Below, one piece after another: positions 12,842-26,692 of a stretch of 64,000 bases of DNA. The translations under genes and the position numbers were made by a program. Positions within the stretch are counted from its first letter, which is position 1, and the number at the start of each line of letters is the position of its first letter. The notes under the pieces were generated by a model, which was given only the letters and a program-made list of their open reading frames with translations, had not been told where the DNA came from and made no database searches. This DNA comes from Octopus vulgaris (lineage: Eukaryota), in assembly GCA_951406725.2 (NCBI GenBank), contig OX597814.1, forward strand, positions 192,882,001-192,946,000. The letters run 5' to 3'.

Positions 12842-13433
12842 GGACCATATCCCAAATTGCAGGGTTTATGCCTATAAGGGAGAGAATTATTTCCGCCGAG
12901 GTTAACCTTGCCTTCCATCATTTGAGCACTGAGGTCGGTGTAGCCGAGTTGCCGCCTCCACTAAAATTGATGGCCTTATACTAAAATTTGAAACCATTAT
13001 TATAAAGTCGTATCTCTTTTAGTTAGAGCCAAATCGGCCCCGGGACCATATCCCAAATTTCAGGGTTTATGCCTATAAGGGAGAGAATTATTTCCGCCGA
13101 GGTTAACCTTGCTTTCCATCATTTGAGCACTGAGGTCGGTGTAGCCGAGTTACCGCCTCCACTAAAATTGATGACCTTATACTAAAATTTGAAACCATTA
13201 TTATAAAGTCGTATCTCTTTTAGTTAGAGCCAAATCGGCCCCGGGACCATATCCCAAATTTCAGGGTTTATGCCTATAAGGGAGAGAATTATTTCCGCCG
13301 AGGTTAACCTTGCCTTCCATCATTTGAGCACTGAGGTCGGTGTAGCCGAGTTACCGCATCCACTAAAATTGATGGCCTTATACTAAAATTTGAAACCATT
13401 ATTATAAAGTCGTATCTCTTTTAGTTAGAGCCA
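12842..13433. repeat. 201-bp tandem repeat x~3 built from SINE-B fragments
   Basis: GGACCATATCCCAAATT at 12842, 13043 and 13244; copies differ by only a few bases. Confidence 0.95.
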
Positions 13434-14171
13434 ATGATCAGCGAGCAAAATATTTCACGCGTTGCTGAAGTTAATAATAATTTTGACAGCTGAATTGCTA
13501 AAGTAACAAATTGAATTATTTTATAACTTATGATAACACAACTGCGTTATATGATTGACCGTGACAGCAGAGTAGCGAATTAACTTCATTATAGAATATA
13601 GCTGAGACTTTCATTAGTTTTAATGAGGTCTGTTTTGCCTTTCATATCCTCGCTATCAACTTTTGTCTCATTTTATTCTTTTTTGATTTGATTTTATTTC
13701 AACTTTCCCTTAATCATCTCATTTATTTCTGATATAAAAGGAATGTTCTGGAAGAAAGCTAAAGCCAAGAACGTAATCATTTTAACTGTTTGACTAACTA
13801 AATTCAACACCAAATATTTGCGTTTCAGTTGTTTATCTTTTTCTTTAATTGCATACAATATCCGTGTGAATCAATAACGATTTATTGTTAACTTTCACTT
13901 TCAAATATACTATCATCGACATTAAAATAAAATATTCTTCTTTTTTTTTTACTATCTACCATATAACCTTCATCTCTCTTTCACTCATTATTTTGAATTG
14001 AAGTATTGCAATTATTAAAACAATGGATAACAGCGCTATAATTTAAATAATAGATTACATTTGATATGTAGAAATTACTCAGAAGACACAAGAGTTGAAT
14101 TAAGAATTATACATACATAAAATACACACACACACACATATATACATACATAGATACATACATACATACAT

Positions 14172-14215
<44 letters not shown>

Positions 14216-14429
14216 CTGTTTGCGTGTGTGTGTATGTATGTGTTTGAAGGCGCGTGGCCTAGTGGTTAGAATCTTACATTCAATAGTAAGATCGCGGTTT
14301 CGATTCCCAGACGTTGTGCATTATGTTCTTGAGCAAAACTCTTCATTTCACGTTGTCCTCTCAACTGAAAAGTAATGTTCGTTGCTACTTCAACATGGCT
14401 GTCCCGTATAATGTTTCTACCTTTTTTAT

Positions 14430-14616
14430 AGCCCCAGGAAAACATCTCCTCCAGTTGGTTAACGATACAAACAGTGTCCGATATATTGCGAGCAGGGGAG
14501 CGAACTCCTGTTTGAGAGGACCAGTAGATCATCCTGGTTTCACGGTGTTTTCTCTTCCTCAGTACTAGTCACCTGTCTGCTAAGATAGCAGTCGTTCGCC
14601 CCACCTCGCAATATAT
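14430..14616 (-). mobile_element. Hairpin-enclosed hammerhead-like element related to the 349-bp unit
   Basis: Shares GCCCCAGGAAAACATC..CCAGYTGGYTA with ~6250. Inverted repeat 14481-14505/14594-14616. Minus-strand CTGAGGA..GAAA-CCAG..CTGG-TC (14519-14562). Confidence 0.5.
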
Positions 14617-14772
14617 AGAAAAATAAGCGACATTCAGCCGTTGATCTTGCAACTAACAAAGTAGCTAGTTCTAAAATCATTATATGTAAGTAGTAACTCT
14701 ACCGAAAAGAATATAAATATAAGTTCACACATACATACATACATACATACATACATACATACATACATACAT

Positions 14773-14807
<35 letters not shown>

Positions 14808-15030
14808 TACATACATACATACATACATGCATACATACATGCACATAAATACACATACACCTTCATACATATATGCATACATATATATAATATATATATA
14901 TGTATGTGCGTGTGTATATACATATATTACATATATTAATATATATACACCCCGTGCGCGTTAACACACTCACATGTATATAAGAAAAGAGAGGACGAAG
15001 GAATAAAAGATTATCTTATGAACTTCATTA

Positions 15031-15098
15031 GCTTACGGCTGTTTCCACTATAAGATACGGCGAACTCATTGCTGAGCACCCTACAGCTTCATCAGAGC
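15031..15098 (-). ncRNA. Type-I hammerhead motif with extended stem II
   Basis: Minus strand: GCT-CTGATGA-AGCTGTAG...TTATAGT-G-GAAA-CAGCC-GTA-AGC. A decayed paralog lies at 37743-37817. Confidence 0.6.
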
Positions 15099-15178
15099 CA
15101 TAAACATGACTAACACTTCGTCTAGAATCAGACATGTATTGAGTTCTACACTAGGTTATTAGTATCGTTATGCCTAAG

Positions 15179-15238
<60 letters not shown>

Positions 15239-15626
15239 TTACTTGGAAATGGATGCGTGGCGTTCAGTCAAATAATAATATATATAATTTAATAGTGTGT
15301 TGGAAAACGCGACAGAAGATTTGGGCTAAATGAGCAGTTTCGTACTCTACACCTGTATTGCACACAGTTTAAAATTAAACCATCATAGCGTGTGGAATTC
15401 AAGCCACGTTATATATATATATGCTGTTAAAACCATGGAAGTTATTGAATTAGTTTGTGTAGCAGTGACAGTCTGCTTACGCAACAACATTCGGCTTAAG
15501 GGAAACCTGTGTATGTCACATATATAGCTTAAAATGGAAATTACGTTACCTACATTTATTGCTGTGAAACTTGAGTTGCGATATAAAAACTCTGTGTGTG
15601 TGTGTGTGTCTGTGTGCGTGTGTGTA

Positions 15627-15684
<58 letters not shown>

Positions 15685-16667
15685 TATGTATATATTTAAT
15701 GGGTCAGTCAGTAAAGGTAAGGCAGAGTCCATATTGCTTTCCCTGGCGTCCATGACTGTTGGGAGCAAGGGAAGAAATTATTCACGATTCACGATACTAG
15801 GAGACTTGATCCGAAGGACTCGGTTTCAGGGCCAAGGGCCAAGTGCTGGTACTGAACCGGGCGGCGGATTTGAAATAGCATAACCCGATCAGAAGTGCGT
15901 GTAAAATATTAATTTATAACCATCTCATTTTTGGACAACTAAGTTGTCGATTCGCTTTCATAAAAAATGAAAAAAACCAAATTACAAGCAGTATTTATTC
16001 CTTGATTTATATACTGAAAACTACGTACGAACGGCACTTTTTTTCTATGTCTACAATATATTTTATGTATTTTTTCCTGTTATCTATTGAATTGTGTTGT
16101 TGCTTTCCTGATTATGGTAACATAGAATGACGAAAGCAGCAACCAATCTCTACAGAGAAATGCAATTCTATCGCAGGTTTTCATCTGTCGTTTTTACACG
16201 GATATATTTCCAATGACGTTCGTGTGATTTATTACTTCTGTCATGCCCATTGCACAAAAGCAAACTTGTGCGGTATTGTGTTCGTTAAAGTTCAGTATTG
16301 TATAAACGATGATTCAGAAGTAATAATACAACGTAATATCAAATATATACCGCAAACACGCAGAGGTTTCAGCATGGTTTTCTCCGGAGGAAAAAGAAAA
16401 AGAAACAAAGTATAAAAACCTATTTTGTAAATCTAACGATTCAATAATACATAACTATTATTGGTGATAGTGGCGGATGATATAACAAAGCGTTATCTAA
16501 ATACAATGCAGCATTTATAAGAACGAATAAGGAAGCATCTGGTGGTCACTCAGTTTACTAGAAATAACGGCTGAATCTCACTCACACCCAAACATGTCCT
16601 ATTAGGAAAGGAGACATTAGACAATGTGATTTGGGATACACTATTCCTGAGGAATAGTGTATCCTAA

Positions 16668-17055
16668 AGGCCCATGGCTCAGTGGTTAGAGCATCGAGCT
16701 TACAATTGTGAGGTTGTGAGCTCGAATCCTGGACCGGGCTGCGTGTTGTGTTCTTGAGCAAGACACTTTATTTCCCGTTGCTCCAGTTTAAGTTAAGTTA
16801 ATTTTTTGGCTCAAAAAGCAAAAAGCAAGGTCATGTAGGGGTTTACTCAGCTGTAGAAATGAGTTGCGATGTCACAGGTGCCAAGCTGTATCGGCCCTTA
16901 CCTTTCCCTTGGATATGACTGGTGGCATGGAGACGGGAGGCCGGTATGCATGGGCGACTGCTGGTCTTCCATAAACAACCTTGCCCGGACTTGTGCCTGG
17001 GAGGGTAACTTTCTAGGTGCAATCCCATGGGCTGCGTCGTGACCGAAGGGGCTTT
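16668..17055 (+). mobile_element. SINE family D carrying a ~55-bp insertion at ~16790-16845
   Basis: Aligns to the 12420 copy apart from the insert. Confidence 0.88.
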
Positions 17056-17796
17056 CAGATTCCTGAGGAAACAAAAGCAAAAGATGCAGGATTGTCATGG
17101 CTTGAGAGTGTTTAATCAAAATTAGAGTTGACTTGGGGTTAAACAACAACACTATCATGAGTAGGCGGTACCCCAGCATGGCCGCAGTCAAAGGACTGAA
17201 ACGAGTAAAGGAAAATAAAAGATAATAGTAACAATAGCAAGAACAGAAGCAGCATTTAGATTGAAACCTTCGTACTTTGACTTCCAAAATATTATCAACG
17301 GAAGTTTGTAGAACTCTTCTTGATTCAATCATTGAACTGTGGCCATGCTGGGGCGTCGCCTTGAAAGGTTTTAGCTGAACTCGGCTTACTAGAAATAACA
17401 GCCGCTTTTCACTTACGCCCTAACATGTCCTATTAGATAAGGAGATATTAAACAATGTGATTCTAGTAAGCGGAATTAGAACTCATAACATGAAGCCGGA
17501 CGAAATTCCGGTAAGCATTTTGTCCGGCAAGCTAACGATTCTATCAGTTCTCCGCCTAGCAATGCTGGTTTCAAATTTTGGTACCAGGGTAGCAATTTTG
17601 TGGGAGGATTTAATCGATTAAATCAACCCCAGTACTTAATTGGTATGGTACTTATTTCGTCGACCCCGGAAGGATGAAAGGCAAAGTCGACCTCGGCAGT
17701 ATTTGAACTCAGAAAGTTAAAATGGAAGAAATACCACTAAACATTTTGTTCGGCGCGATAACGATTCTGCCAGCTTACTACCTTGACTAGATAGTT

Positions 17797-17853
<57 letters not shown>

Positions 17854-17854
17854 T

Positions 17855-18605
17855 AAGGCAGAGCTGACCCAAAATGCCGATTCTGTAACGATGAGATTGA
17901 AACTATAGACCACCTAATCTCAGGATGTAGAATCTTAGCACCTATAGAATGTAAAGCAAGACATGACAGAGTCGATCAGTATTTACACTGGAAAATATGT
18001 CGGCATTAAAAAATCAAAACCGCTGACAAATGGTATAAACACCATCCTGAAGCTGTGACTGAGGGAGAAAATGTGTCGATTCCCTGGGACTTCCCTTACA
18101 TACCGACAAAACTATAAAAGCTAATAAACCGGATATTATTATAAAAGATCAGAGAAAAAAAGGTGTGTTTATTAATTGACATGAGTATTCCTTGTGATCA
18201 CAATATAGCGGCGAAAGAATTTGACAAGATTAGTAAATATAAAGACTTGCTAATAGAAATTGAAAAAATGTGGCATCTCAAGGCGACTACAGTACCAGTG
18301 ATTGTAGGATCTCTAGGAATGATAAAAAAAAAGGTACTGAAACCTATTTGAAAATGACACTAGGCTTACCATCCCTACAGGAAGTGCAAAAAATCGTGTT
18401 AACTGGAACGGCTCATGTACTTAGAAGAGCATTATCGCTGTAAAAACAACATCCATTCATGAAATTATTTATTAATTTTTTAAATACATATTTTACATGT
18501 GAATTTGCGTGTGTAATCTGGGAATGCATACAATGAGCTTCTCTGCCCTAGGTGTATGGAAAACACTCGGCGAGAAACGGAAGAAAATTTGAAGAAAGAA
18601 GGAAA
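17855..18605 (+). mobile_element. R4/Dong-like non-LTR retrotransposon 3' fragment (CCHC knuckle + restriction-like endonuclease), pseudogenised
   Basis: CRFCNDEIETIDHLISGC..RHDRV..KPDIII..LIDMSIP..KISKYKDL..VPVIVGSLG..GTAHVLRRAL*; flanked by (AAT)n on both sides. Confidence 0.88.
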
Positions 18606-20094
18606 ACAACAACAACAACAATAATAATAATAATAATATTAATAATCCTTTCTACTGAAGACACAAGGTCTGAAATTTTTGGGGAAGGGACTAACCGATT
18701 ATATCGACCCCAGTGCGTAACTGGTACTTATTTCATCGACCTCGAAAGGATGAAAGGCAAAGTCGACCTCGGCGGAATTTTAAACTCAGAACGTAAAGAC
18801 GGACGAAGCACCGGTAAGCATTTTGTTCGACGTACTAACGATTCGACCAGCTCACCACTTTAAAATTAATAATGATATTAATATAAATAAAAATAAAAGG
18901 CCTTCTATCGACCAATGGACAAATTACAGGCTTGACTAATGATATTATCAGCTAAATTGCGAAAAGTAATCTATTACGGCCGGTTCTAAAAGCAAAAACA
19001 ATACTCAAGCCATTTTTATTATTCTTAATCGAAATGTTTTCGTTAATGTAAATTAAATTAAAGAAGAAGAAAATGAACAAAAAGCACAGAATGTATAAGT
19101 GATGGTAATAGCTCTAACAACAACAACAACAACCACAACAACAACATTATAAAGAACATTTCCAACATGGAAATAATCAAAACCGAAGACGATAATAGGA
19201 AAAAAAAGTTAATGAAATAAAAATGAAAATAAACAAAATACATACACAAAATGGTGCAAAAAAACAATGATTTGCTGATTAAATTGCAGTTAGAATGATA
19301 ATACGGTTTCATTGGAAATTAAAACTATTGATCGGATTCGGTGAAAATATATGGGACACCTGTTACTGAATTCTGTGATTGAGAACCTAAATAAATATGG
19401 CGACTACATGTGTTAAATGTTTTGTTTTGTTTTGTTTGCATTTCATTATTTCTCGAAGACGATTCTTACGCGTATATCTGGAAAATATAATTTTGGAATT
19501 CATTGTGGAAACACCGAATCAAGTGTTTGGCTGCAGGCAAATCTGTTTAATTGCAATGCGCGGCAAATGACAGATTTAGTCCCGGAACACGCAAAAATTA
19601 AAGGTTTCATAAAACACTGCTTCATTATTAATTTAGGTTTTTTTTTAAGGCGGCGAGGTGGTTGAATCGTTAGCACGCCGGACAAAATGCTTAGCAGTAT
19701 TTCTTCCTGCTTTATGTTCTGAGTTCAAATCCCGCCGAGGTCGACTTTGCCTTTCATCCTTTCGAGCTCAGTGAAATCAGCACTAGTTGAACACTGGGGT
19801 TGATGTAATCGATTTAACCCCTCCCCCGATATTACTGGCCTCGAGCCAAAATTTGAAACCATTAGTATTATTTGTATAATATATATTTCATCAGCCAATT
19901 TATATTACCGAACAGTTTCATAATGAAGAACCATCAATTACAATCATCGGACACGGCTCAATAGCAAAGAATGTGTTGGGCTCTTTGTTACTGGAGGCCT
20001 GAAACTGCTACATCCGGTGTATAGTTCTCGGGAATATTGCTCCCCATCCCCTAAAAACAAAAACAAACCCTGTGAGACAAAACACAGAAAATAC

Positions 20095-20259
20095 AGGAGT
20101 GGTTGTGCGTAAGAAGCTTCCTTCCCAAGCACATGGTTATGGGTTCAGTCCCACTGCGTGGCACCTTGGGCATGTGTCTTCTACTATAACCTTGGTCCGA
20201 CCAAAGCTTTGTACGTGGATTTGGTAGACGGAAACTGAAAGAAGCCCGTCATATATATA

Positions 20260-20290
<31 letters not shown>

Positions 20291-20490
20291 GTTGTGTTTG
20301 CTCCCCCATCGCTTGACAACCGATGTTGGTGTGTTTACGTCCCCGTAACTTAGCGGTTTGGCAAAAGAGTCCGATAGAATAAGTACTAGGCTTACAAAGA
20401 ATAAGTCCTGGGATCGATTTGTTTGACTAAAGGCGGTGCTCCAGCATGGCCGCAGTAAAATCCCTGAGACAAATAAAAGAGTAAAAAAGT
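20095..20490 (+). mobile_element. SINE family A
   Basis: Alignment to other A copies. Confidence 0.9.
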
Positions 20491-20499
20491 ACATATAGT

Positions 20500-21088
20500 A
20501 TGTTTTGGGTGGCAAGAAGAGAATAGAAGATATTGTTTTGAGTCCGTTTGGTATGAAGATGTCGGTTTCAATTTCAGTATCTTTCTTTATGATTAAGATG
20601 TCCAGGAAGGATAGTTGTTTGTGGCTGTATTCCATTGTAAACTGGATACTGTGGTTAATGCTGTTACGTTTTTAAATTTTGAGAGTTGTTCAAGGTTATG
20701 TGGCTACAAGATGAAACAGTCATCCAGGTAGCGTTTCTAGTTGGTGAGTAAGTATTTTTGGAAGTTGTCTCCAAATTTCAATCTAGCGTGTTCGTGTATT
20801 TGGACTTCCAAGTATGCCGTGACAAGGTTGGCAAAAGTAGGTGCTACCTTCGTTCCCATCGCCGTGCCCGATTATTGTCTATAAGTGTTTTCGTTGAAAT
20901 TGAAGAAATTGTTCTGTAGGATGAATTTTATTCCTCCTGGTTTCATTCGATGTAATAAACCTCCACACCTCGATTCCTCACGAATACGAAATAATAGCCA
21001 TACAATACTGACTGGAAAAGTTCCCAAACGATATTCCTGACCGAATCGGAAAAGAATTCATCGTTGATGGAATAAAATTCATCCTACA
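20500..21088 (-). mobile_element. Penelope-like element reverse transcriptase fragment with internal inversion
   Basis: Minus 20934->20500: GIKFILQNNFFNFNENTYRQ*SGTAMGTKVAPTFANL..RYLDDCF..IQFTME..LSFLDILI. Plus 20937-21088: LVSFDVINLHTSIPHE..GIKFIL. Confidence 0.9.
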
Positions 21089-22693
21089 CATTCTATTAGA
21101 AATGAACTTCAATCTTGCTTGCTTGGAATGTTACTCGGCCAACCCGGCGCATAATGGGAAAATACTTTGAAAGTAAAGTGCCCCTGAAATGTGAATACAA
21201 ATGGTGTAAAACAAGTTTCGCGTAAATCGGACTTCTTGTTCTTGAAATATGGTGCGGGTGGGTGTGGGTGGGGTATAAATACCTGAAGCGGTGCATAATG
21301 GGAAAATAATCCGAAAATAACTTAACCCTGAAAGGGAAGAAACTCTAATCTTTCGAGTAGACACATTATGATGGGTAAAAGTCTTAGTGACTTTAACTTA
21401 CCAACGAAATAATACGAGTAGTTTTTACAGTAAATGTTTCTATTTTCGCTTTTGTTAAACACAATATTGTAATCACTTAGAAATATTTTTCAGTGAATGT
21501 GATTTCAAAAATGTAAGTTGCTTGTACAGTAAGTATATATATTTTAGCTTTCTTTAAACAGGCAATATTTTAATTTTAAAAAAAATATTTTCAAGTGGAT
21601 ACCATTACTAAAATTTTCTTTTATCACATTAAAAAAAATATCTGTAAGTGAAAATGACTTTAAAAATACGGTAATATTTCGTAAAAGACCCGTTCGTAAC
21701 CTTGGTGTGAAATATTTTTTCCCCATAGGTTTTTTTCGAGTGCATTCAACGTATCTCACCTCCAAAGATTTGGTTGCTACTTCTAGCATGCCCCGCTACC
21801 ACGTAACGGCTATTTGCGATAAAGAACCTGAAATAACTGTTATGTGGTAGCAGGGTGTGCAAGAAACAGCAGTCAAATCTTTTGCTGAACCACTAGGTTA
21901 CGAGGATGTAAACACACCAACACCAGCCGTCAAGCGGCGGTGGGGTAATAAATACAAGCACGAAGACACACACACACACACACGACAGGCTTTCAGTTTC
22001 CGTCTACAAAAAATCCACTCACAAGGCTTTGGTCGGTCTGAGGCTATAGTAGAAGACACTTGCCCAAGTTGCCACGCAGTGGGACTGAACCCGGCACCAT
22101 GTGGTTGGGAAACAAGCTTCTTACCACACAGCCACTCCTGGTGTGTATTTAATTGCACCTGTCTGCATTTCATTTACCATATTTTTTTTCTCATTTCTAC
22201 CATTTGTTTAACGACAATCACCTGATTCATCAATATTCATTTTGAATCAGATATTTCGGTATGAATTGATAACTTCTAATGTACAGAAACAAACTTTTGA
22301 TTTTCATTAAATATTGCTTTCTTCATGATATAAACTGTACATTACCATAACTGCTGACCTCTTACTACTACATCAACAGATACAAAGATCACTCACACAT
22401 GCACATATAAACAGTTAATTTTTATTTATTTATTTTTTATTGCCCTCAAGGGGCTGAACATAGAGGGGACAAACAAGGACAGACAAACGGATTAAGTCGA
22501 TTACATCGACCCCAGTGCCTAACTGGTACTTAATTTAACGACCCCGAAAGGATGAAAGGCAAAGTCGACCTCGGCGGAATTTGAACTCAGAACGCAGCAG
22601 CGGACGAAATAACACAAAGCATTTCGCCTGGCTTGCTAACGTTTCTGCCAGCTCAATGCCACACACACCACATACGCTCACACACACACGCTC

Positions 22694-22990
22694 GCACTCA
22701 GTTACTGCTATACACACATAGCACTACCACCATGAGCACACACACACAGTTACTGCCACACGCACGCTGCCATATACGCACACACATACATGCTATCACG
22801 CACAAACACAAACGCTATCACGCACATTTACCACCACACGCGCACTCAGTTACTGCTACACACACACATACCACTACCACCATGCGCGCGTACACACACA
22901 CACACACAGTTACTGCCACACACACACGCTGCCATATACACACACACATACATGCTATCACGCACAAACACACACGCACACACAGTTACC
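22694..22990. repeat. ~148-bp CA-rich tandem duplication
   Basis: GCACTCAGTTACTGCTA at 22694 and 22842. Confidence 0.85.
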
Positions 22991-23130
22991 AACCTTTTTG
23001 ACACTCTCCTGTCTTAGAAAGCACTTTCTCTTTGTCCATCTATTTCCGGACATTCCAAAATGTAACTACATGTGGATCGTTGGCAATTGTTTCCCTCCGT
23101 CCTCCTTTTCTTTTGGACTTTCCTGTCTCC

Positions 23131-23167
23131 TGTTTCTGAGGAAGACTTTTGCTCGAAACGTAAAACA
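23131..23167 (+). ncRNA. Minimal type-I hammerhead in a Penelope-like terminal fragment (~23000-23270) abutting (TA)n
   Basis: TGTTT-CTGAGGA-AGAC TTTTG CTC-GAAA-C-GTA-AAACA; palindromic ACGT stem III; one mismatch in stem II. Confidence 0.65.
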
Positions 23168-23288
23168 CCTTTTCCTTCCTTCCCTTGAACGTCTTATTAA
23201 TACTTTGCATGTACCATGTCCTCGCGTTATTTTTTCTTATTGTCTTTCTTTCTCCGTTTTTAAGATTTAATAATTATATATACATATG

Positions 23289-23327
<39 letters not shown>

Positions 23328-23329
<2 letters not shown>

Positions 23330-24388
23330 CTGTGTGGTAAGTAACTTGCTTACCAACCACATGGTCCCGGGTCCAGTTTCAATATGTAGCACCTCGAGCA
23401 AGAGTCTTCTACTATAGCCTCTGGCCGACCAAAGCTTTGTGAGTGGATTCGGTAGATGGAAACTGAAAGAAGCCTGTCGTATATATATATACACACATAC
23501 ACAAATATGCATATATGTGTATCTGTGTTTGTTCCCCCATCATCGCTTAACAACCGATGTTGGTGTGTTTACGTCCATGTAACTTAGTGCTTCGGCAAAA
23601 GAGATCCGACAGAATAAGTACTAGGCTTACAAAGAATAAGTCCTGGGGTCGATTTGTTCGACTAAACGCAGTGCTCTGGCCTGGCCGCAGTCAAATCACT
23701 GAGACAAATAAAAGAGTAAAAAAGTACATATAGACAACCGTGGCTGTGTGGTAGCCACGATAGTGTAGGGTTTAACGGTTGAACATGATGAAATGGATGG
23801 ACACGGCCTTGAAGGGTTTTAGTTGAACAATTAGAGCCCAGGACCTATCTTTTTAATTACCTCGTACTTATTCTATCGGTCCCTTTGCTGAACCACTAAG
23901 TTACAGGGACGGAAACACATCAACACCGTCTCTCAAGAGGAGGTGGGGGCAAACACAGGTACAAAGACAAACACACAGATAGATAGATAGATATAGGCGC
24001 AGGTCTGGCTGTGTGGTAAGAAGCTTGTTTTCCAACCACATGGTTCCGGGTTCAGTTCTACTGCATGGTACATTGGGCAAGTGTCTTCTACTATAGCCTC
24101 GGAGCGACCAAATTCTTGTGAGTGGACTTCGTAGACGGACACTGAAAGAAACCCGTCGTATGCATCTTTTATTCTTCTACTAGTTTCAGTCATTAGGCAG
24201 CGGCCATGCTGGAGCACCGCCTTAAAGGATATTTTAGTCAAAGAAATCAACATCAGGACTTATCTTTTGTAAGCCCACTATCGGTCACTTTAGCCGAACC
24301 GCTAAGTTACGAGAACGTAAATACACTAACATTGGTTGTTAAGCGATGGTAGAGGGAGAAACACAGACACAAAGAAAAGACACATTCG

Positions 24389-24426
<38 letters not shown>

Positions 24427-24588
24427 CATACATGTACACACACACACACATATATATATATATACATATAAGTGACGGGCTTCTTTCAGTTTCTGTCTGC
24501 CAATCCACTCACAAGGCTTTGGTTGACCCAAGCTTATAGTAGCAAACACTTGCCCAAGGTACCACGCAGTGGAACTGAAGCTGGAATC

Positions 24589-24672
<84 letters not shown>

Positions 24673-25600
24673 GTGTGTGTGTGTATGTGTGTGCGTGTCT
24701 TTGTGTCTGTGTTTGTCACCCACCGCCGCTTGAATCCGGTTTTGGTATGTTTGCGTTGCGTCCCCGTAACATAGCGGTTCAGCAGTGAGACCGATAGAAT
24801 AAGTACTATTAAAAGAATAAGTCCTGGACTCTAGTTGTTCAATTAAAACCCTTCAAGGCAATTCCCATCCATTTCATTATGTTGAACCGTTAATCCTTAC
24901 ACATTTAGTTCTCTCTCCTTTTTCTCCCTCGAAACGTCAAAAACTTTTGCATTCTTTCCGAGCGTCAAACTAATACTTCTACTTGTTTCTTCTTTATGTT
25001 TTCTATGTATTTGAACTATATATAAGTTTTCTATATTTTTGAACTATATATAAGTTACATCCCTTGACCTAGCGATTTAACGGTTTAGCAAAAAGAGCCC
25101 GATAGAAAAATGCCCAGTCTTACAAAAAAAAAACCCCACTTTTGTCGGTTTGTTGGACCAAGCCCTACGAGGCTCCAGCATGGACGCAGTCCAGTTACCA
25201 AGACAAGTAAATGATGTGTGTGTATATGTGTGTATACACACATACACACTCACATATGAACCCATACAAGCGCAGATATGGCTATGTGGTAAGAAATTGG
25301 CTTTCCAACCAGGCAATTCCGAGTTCAATCGTACTGTCTTCTACTGTAGCACGGAAGTGACCAGATCTTTTTTGAGTGGATTTTGCTGGCAGAAAATGAA
25401 TGAAGGCTGTCTTTTGATTGTCTCCTACCTTCGTTGATAACCCATGTTTACATTCTCGCAGCATAGCAGTTTGGCAAAAGAAACCGATATAATAAATACT
25501 AACCATGAAAAAAAAATTAGTTATTACTGGGGTCAATTCGTTCGATGAAGAACCTTTTAAGGCGGTGCCCACCATAGACGCAGTCCAACGACTGAAACTA
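23328..25600. mobile_element. Cluster of family-A SINE copies/fragments in both orientations, with (TCTA)n at ~24590-24670
   Basis: Repeated A head, body and tail segments. Confidence 0.85.
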
Positions 25601-25626
25601 GTAATATATATATATATATATATATA

Positions 25627-25895
25627 AATTAACAATTGAGGATAAAATCTTTAAAAGAAATTATCAGTAGTTAGCGTGAAAAACCTCGTAAGAGAAAAAA
25701 TCCGTAAATTTTTCCACTTTGAAAATATTTATTTATATTATATTGAGGGTACTACTATTCGTAGATACCACACGCTAAGAGGGACCAATGCGGTCAAAAC
25801 TACTAAAATAATTTTGTTTATTCTAGTAGTTTTGACCGCATTGGTCCCTCTTAGCGTGTGGTATCTACGAATAGTAGTACCCTCAATATAATATA
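25627..25895. mobile_element. Lopsided palindromic insert in (TA)n (probable 5'-truncated Penelope-like end)
   Basis: 78-bp arms 25734-25811/25818-25895 plus an unpaired ~107-bp extension starting AACAATTGAGGATAAAAT. Confidence 0.6.
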
Positions 25896-26220
25896 TATAT
25901 ATATATATATATTTGAATAAAACAAGTTTTATTTTTTAACGTAGGTGGTAAATATTTTTATTATTATACATCTATATATTTGAAAATAGAGATACAAAAT
26001 CTTGTTTTCACATAACAGATCTTTTCATATAACAGTTTTACTCTAAAAGTATTAGTGTATGTTTTCACAAGGTGAGTTTTACATACACAAAAAATGAGAG
26101 AGAATTATATTAGACTGAAAAGTTTTCGTATAAAAAAATGTTTTTCCTACAGCTTAATGTTAAACTGTTTTCATATAAACTTCACATAAAAAATGATATT
26201 TATATATTATAACGTAAACA

Positions 26221-26273
<53 letters not shown>

Positions 26274-26416
26274 TATTTGTTTTTATGTGAAGTTATATAT
26301 AAAAACATTTTGAATTAAACTGAAGGATTACTGAATACTTTTCAGGAGTATATTTATGTACGTCAGTCTAAATACGTCAAGCAAGTCAAAATTTCGAAGT
26401 CACTGTCAGACATTTC

Positions 26417-26453
<37 letters not shown>

Positions 26454-26642
26454 AGTAGGCTCGTCATACGAACCTAAAACGCCAGGCTCGTAGATTCGGT
26501 TCTAAGTGCCTGACGAGTTAGGTTCGATTGCTAGCCGACAAAACCTTAAGTTGCATGAAGCCGAATAAAACTCTTATTAAATAATATAACAGAACTATAT
26601 GTATTCAGTGCCACTTTCGTTTGCTCAGTCGTATATATAAGG

Positions 26643-26692
<50 letters not shown>

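Noticed and set aside
21092-21340. Helentron/DINE-like fragment
   Set aside because: Only a vague motif resemblance; termini not verifiable
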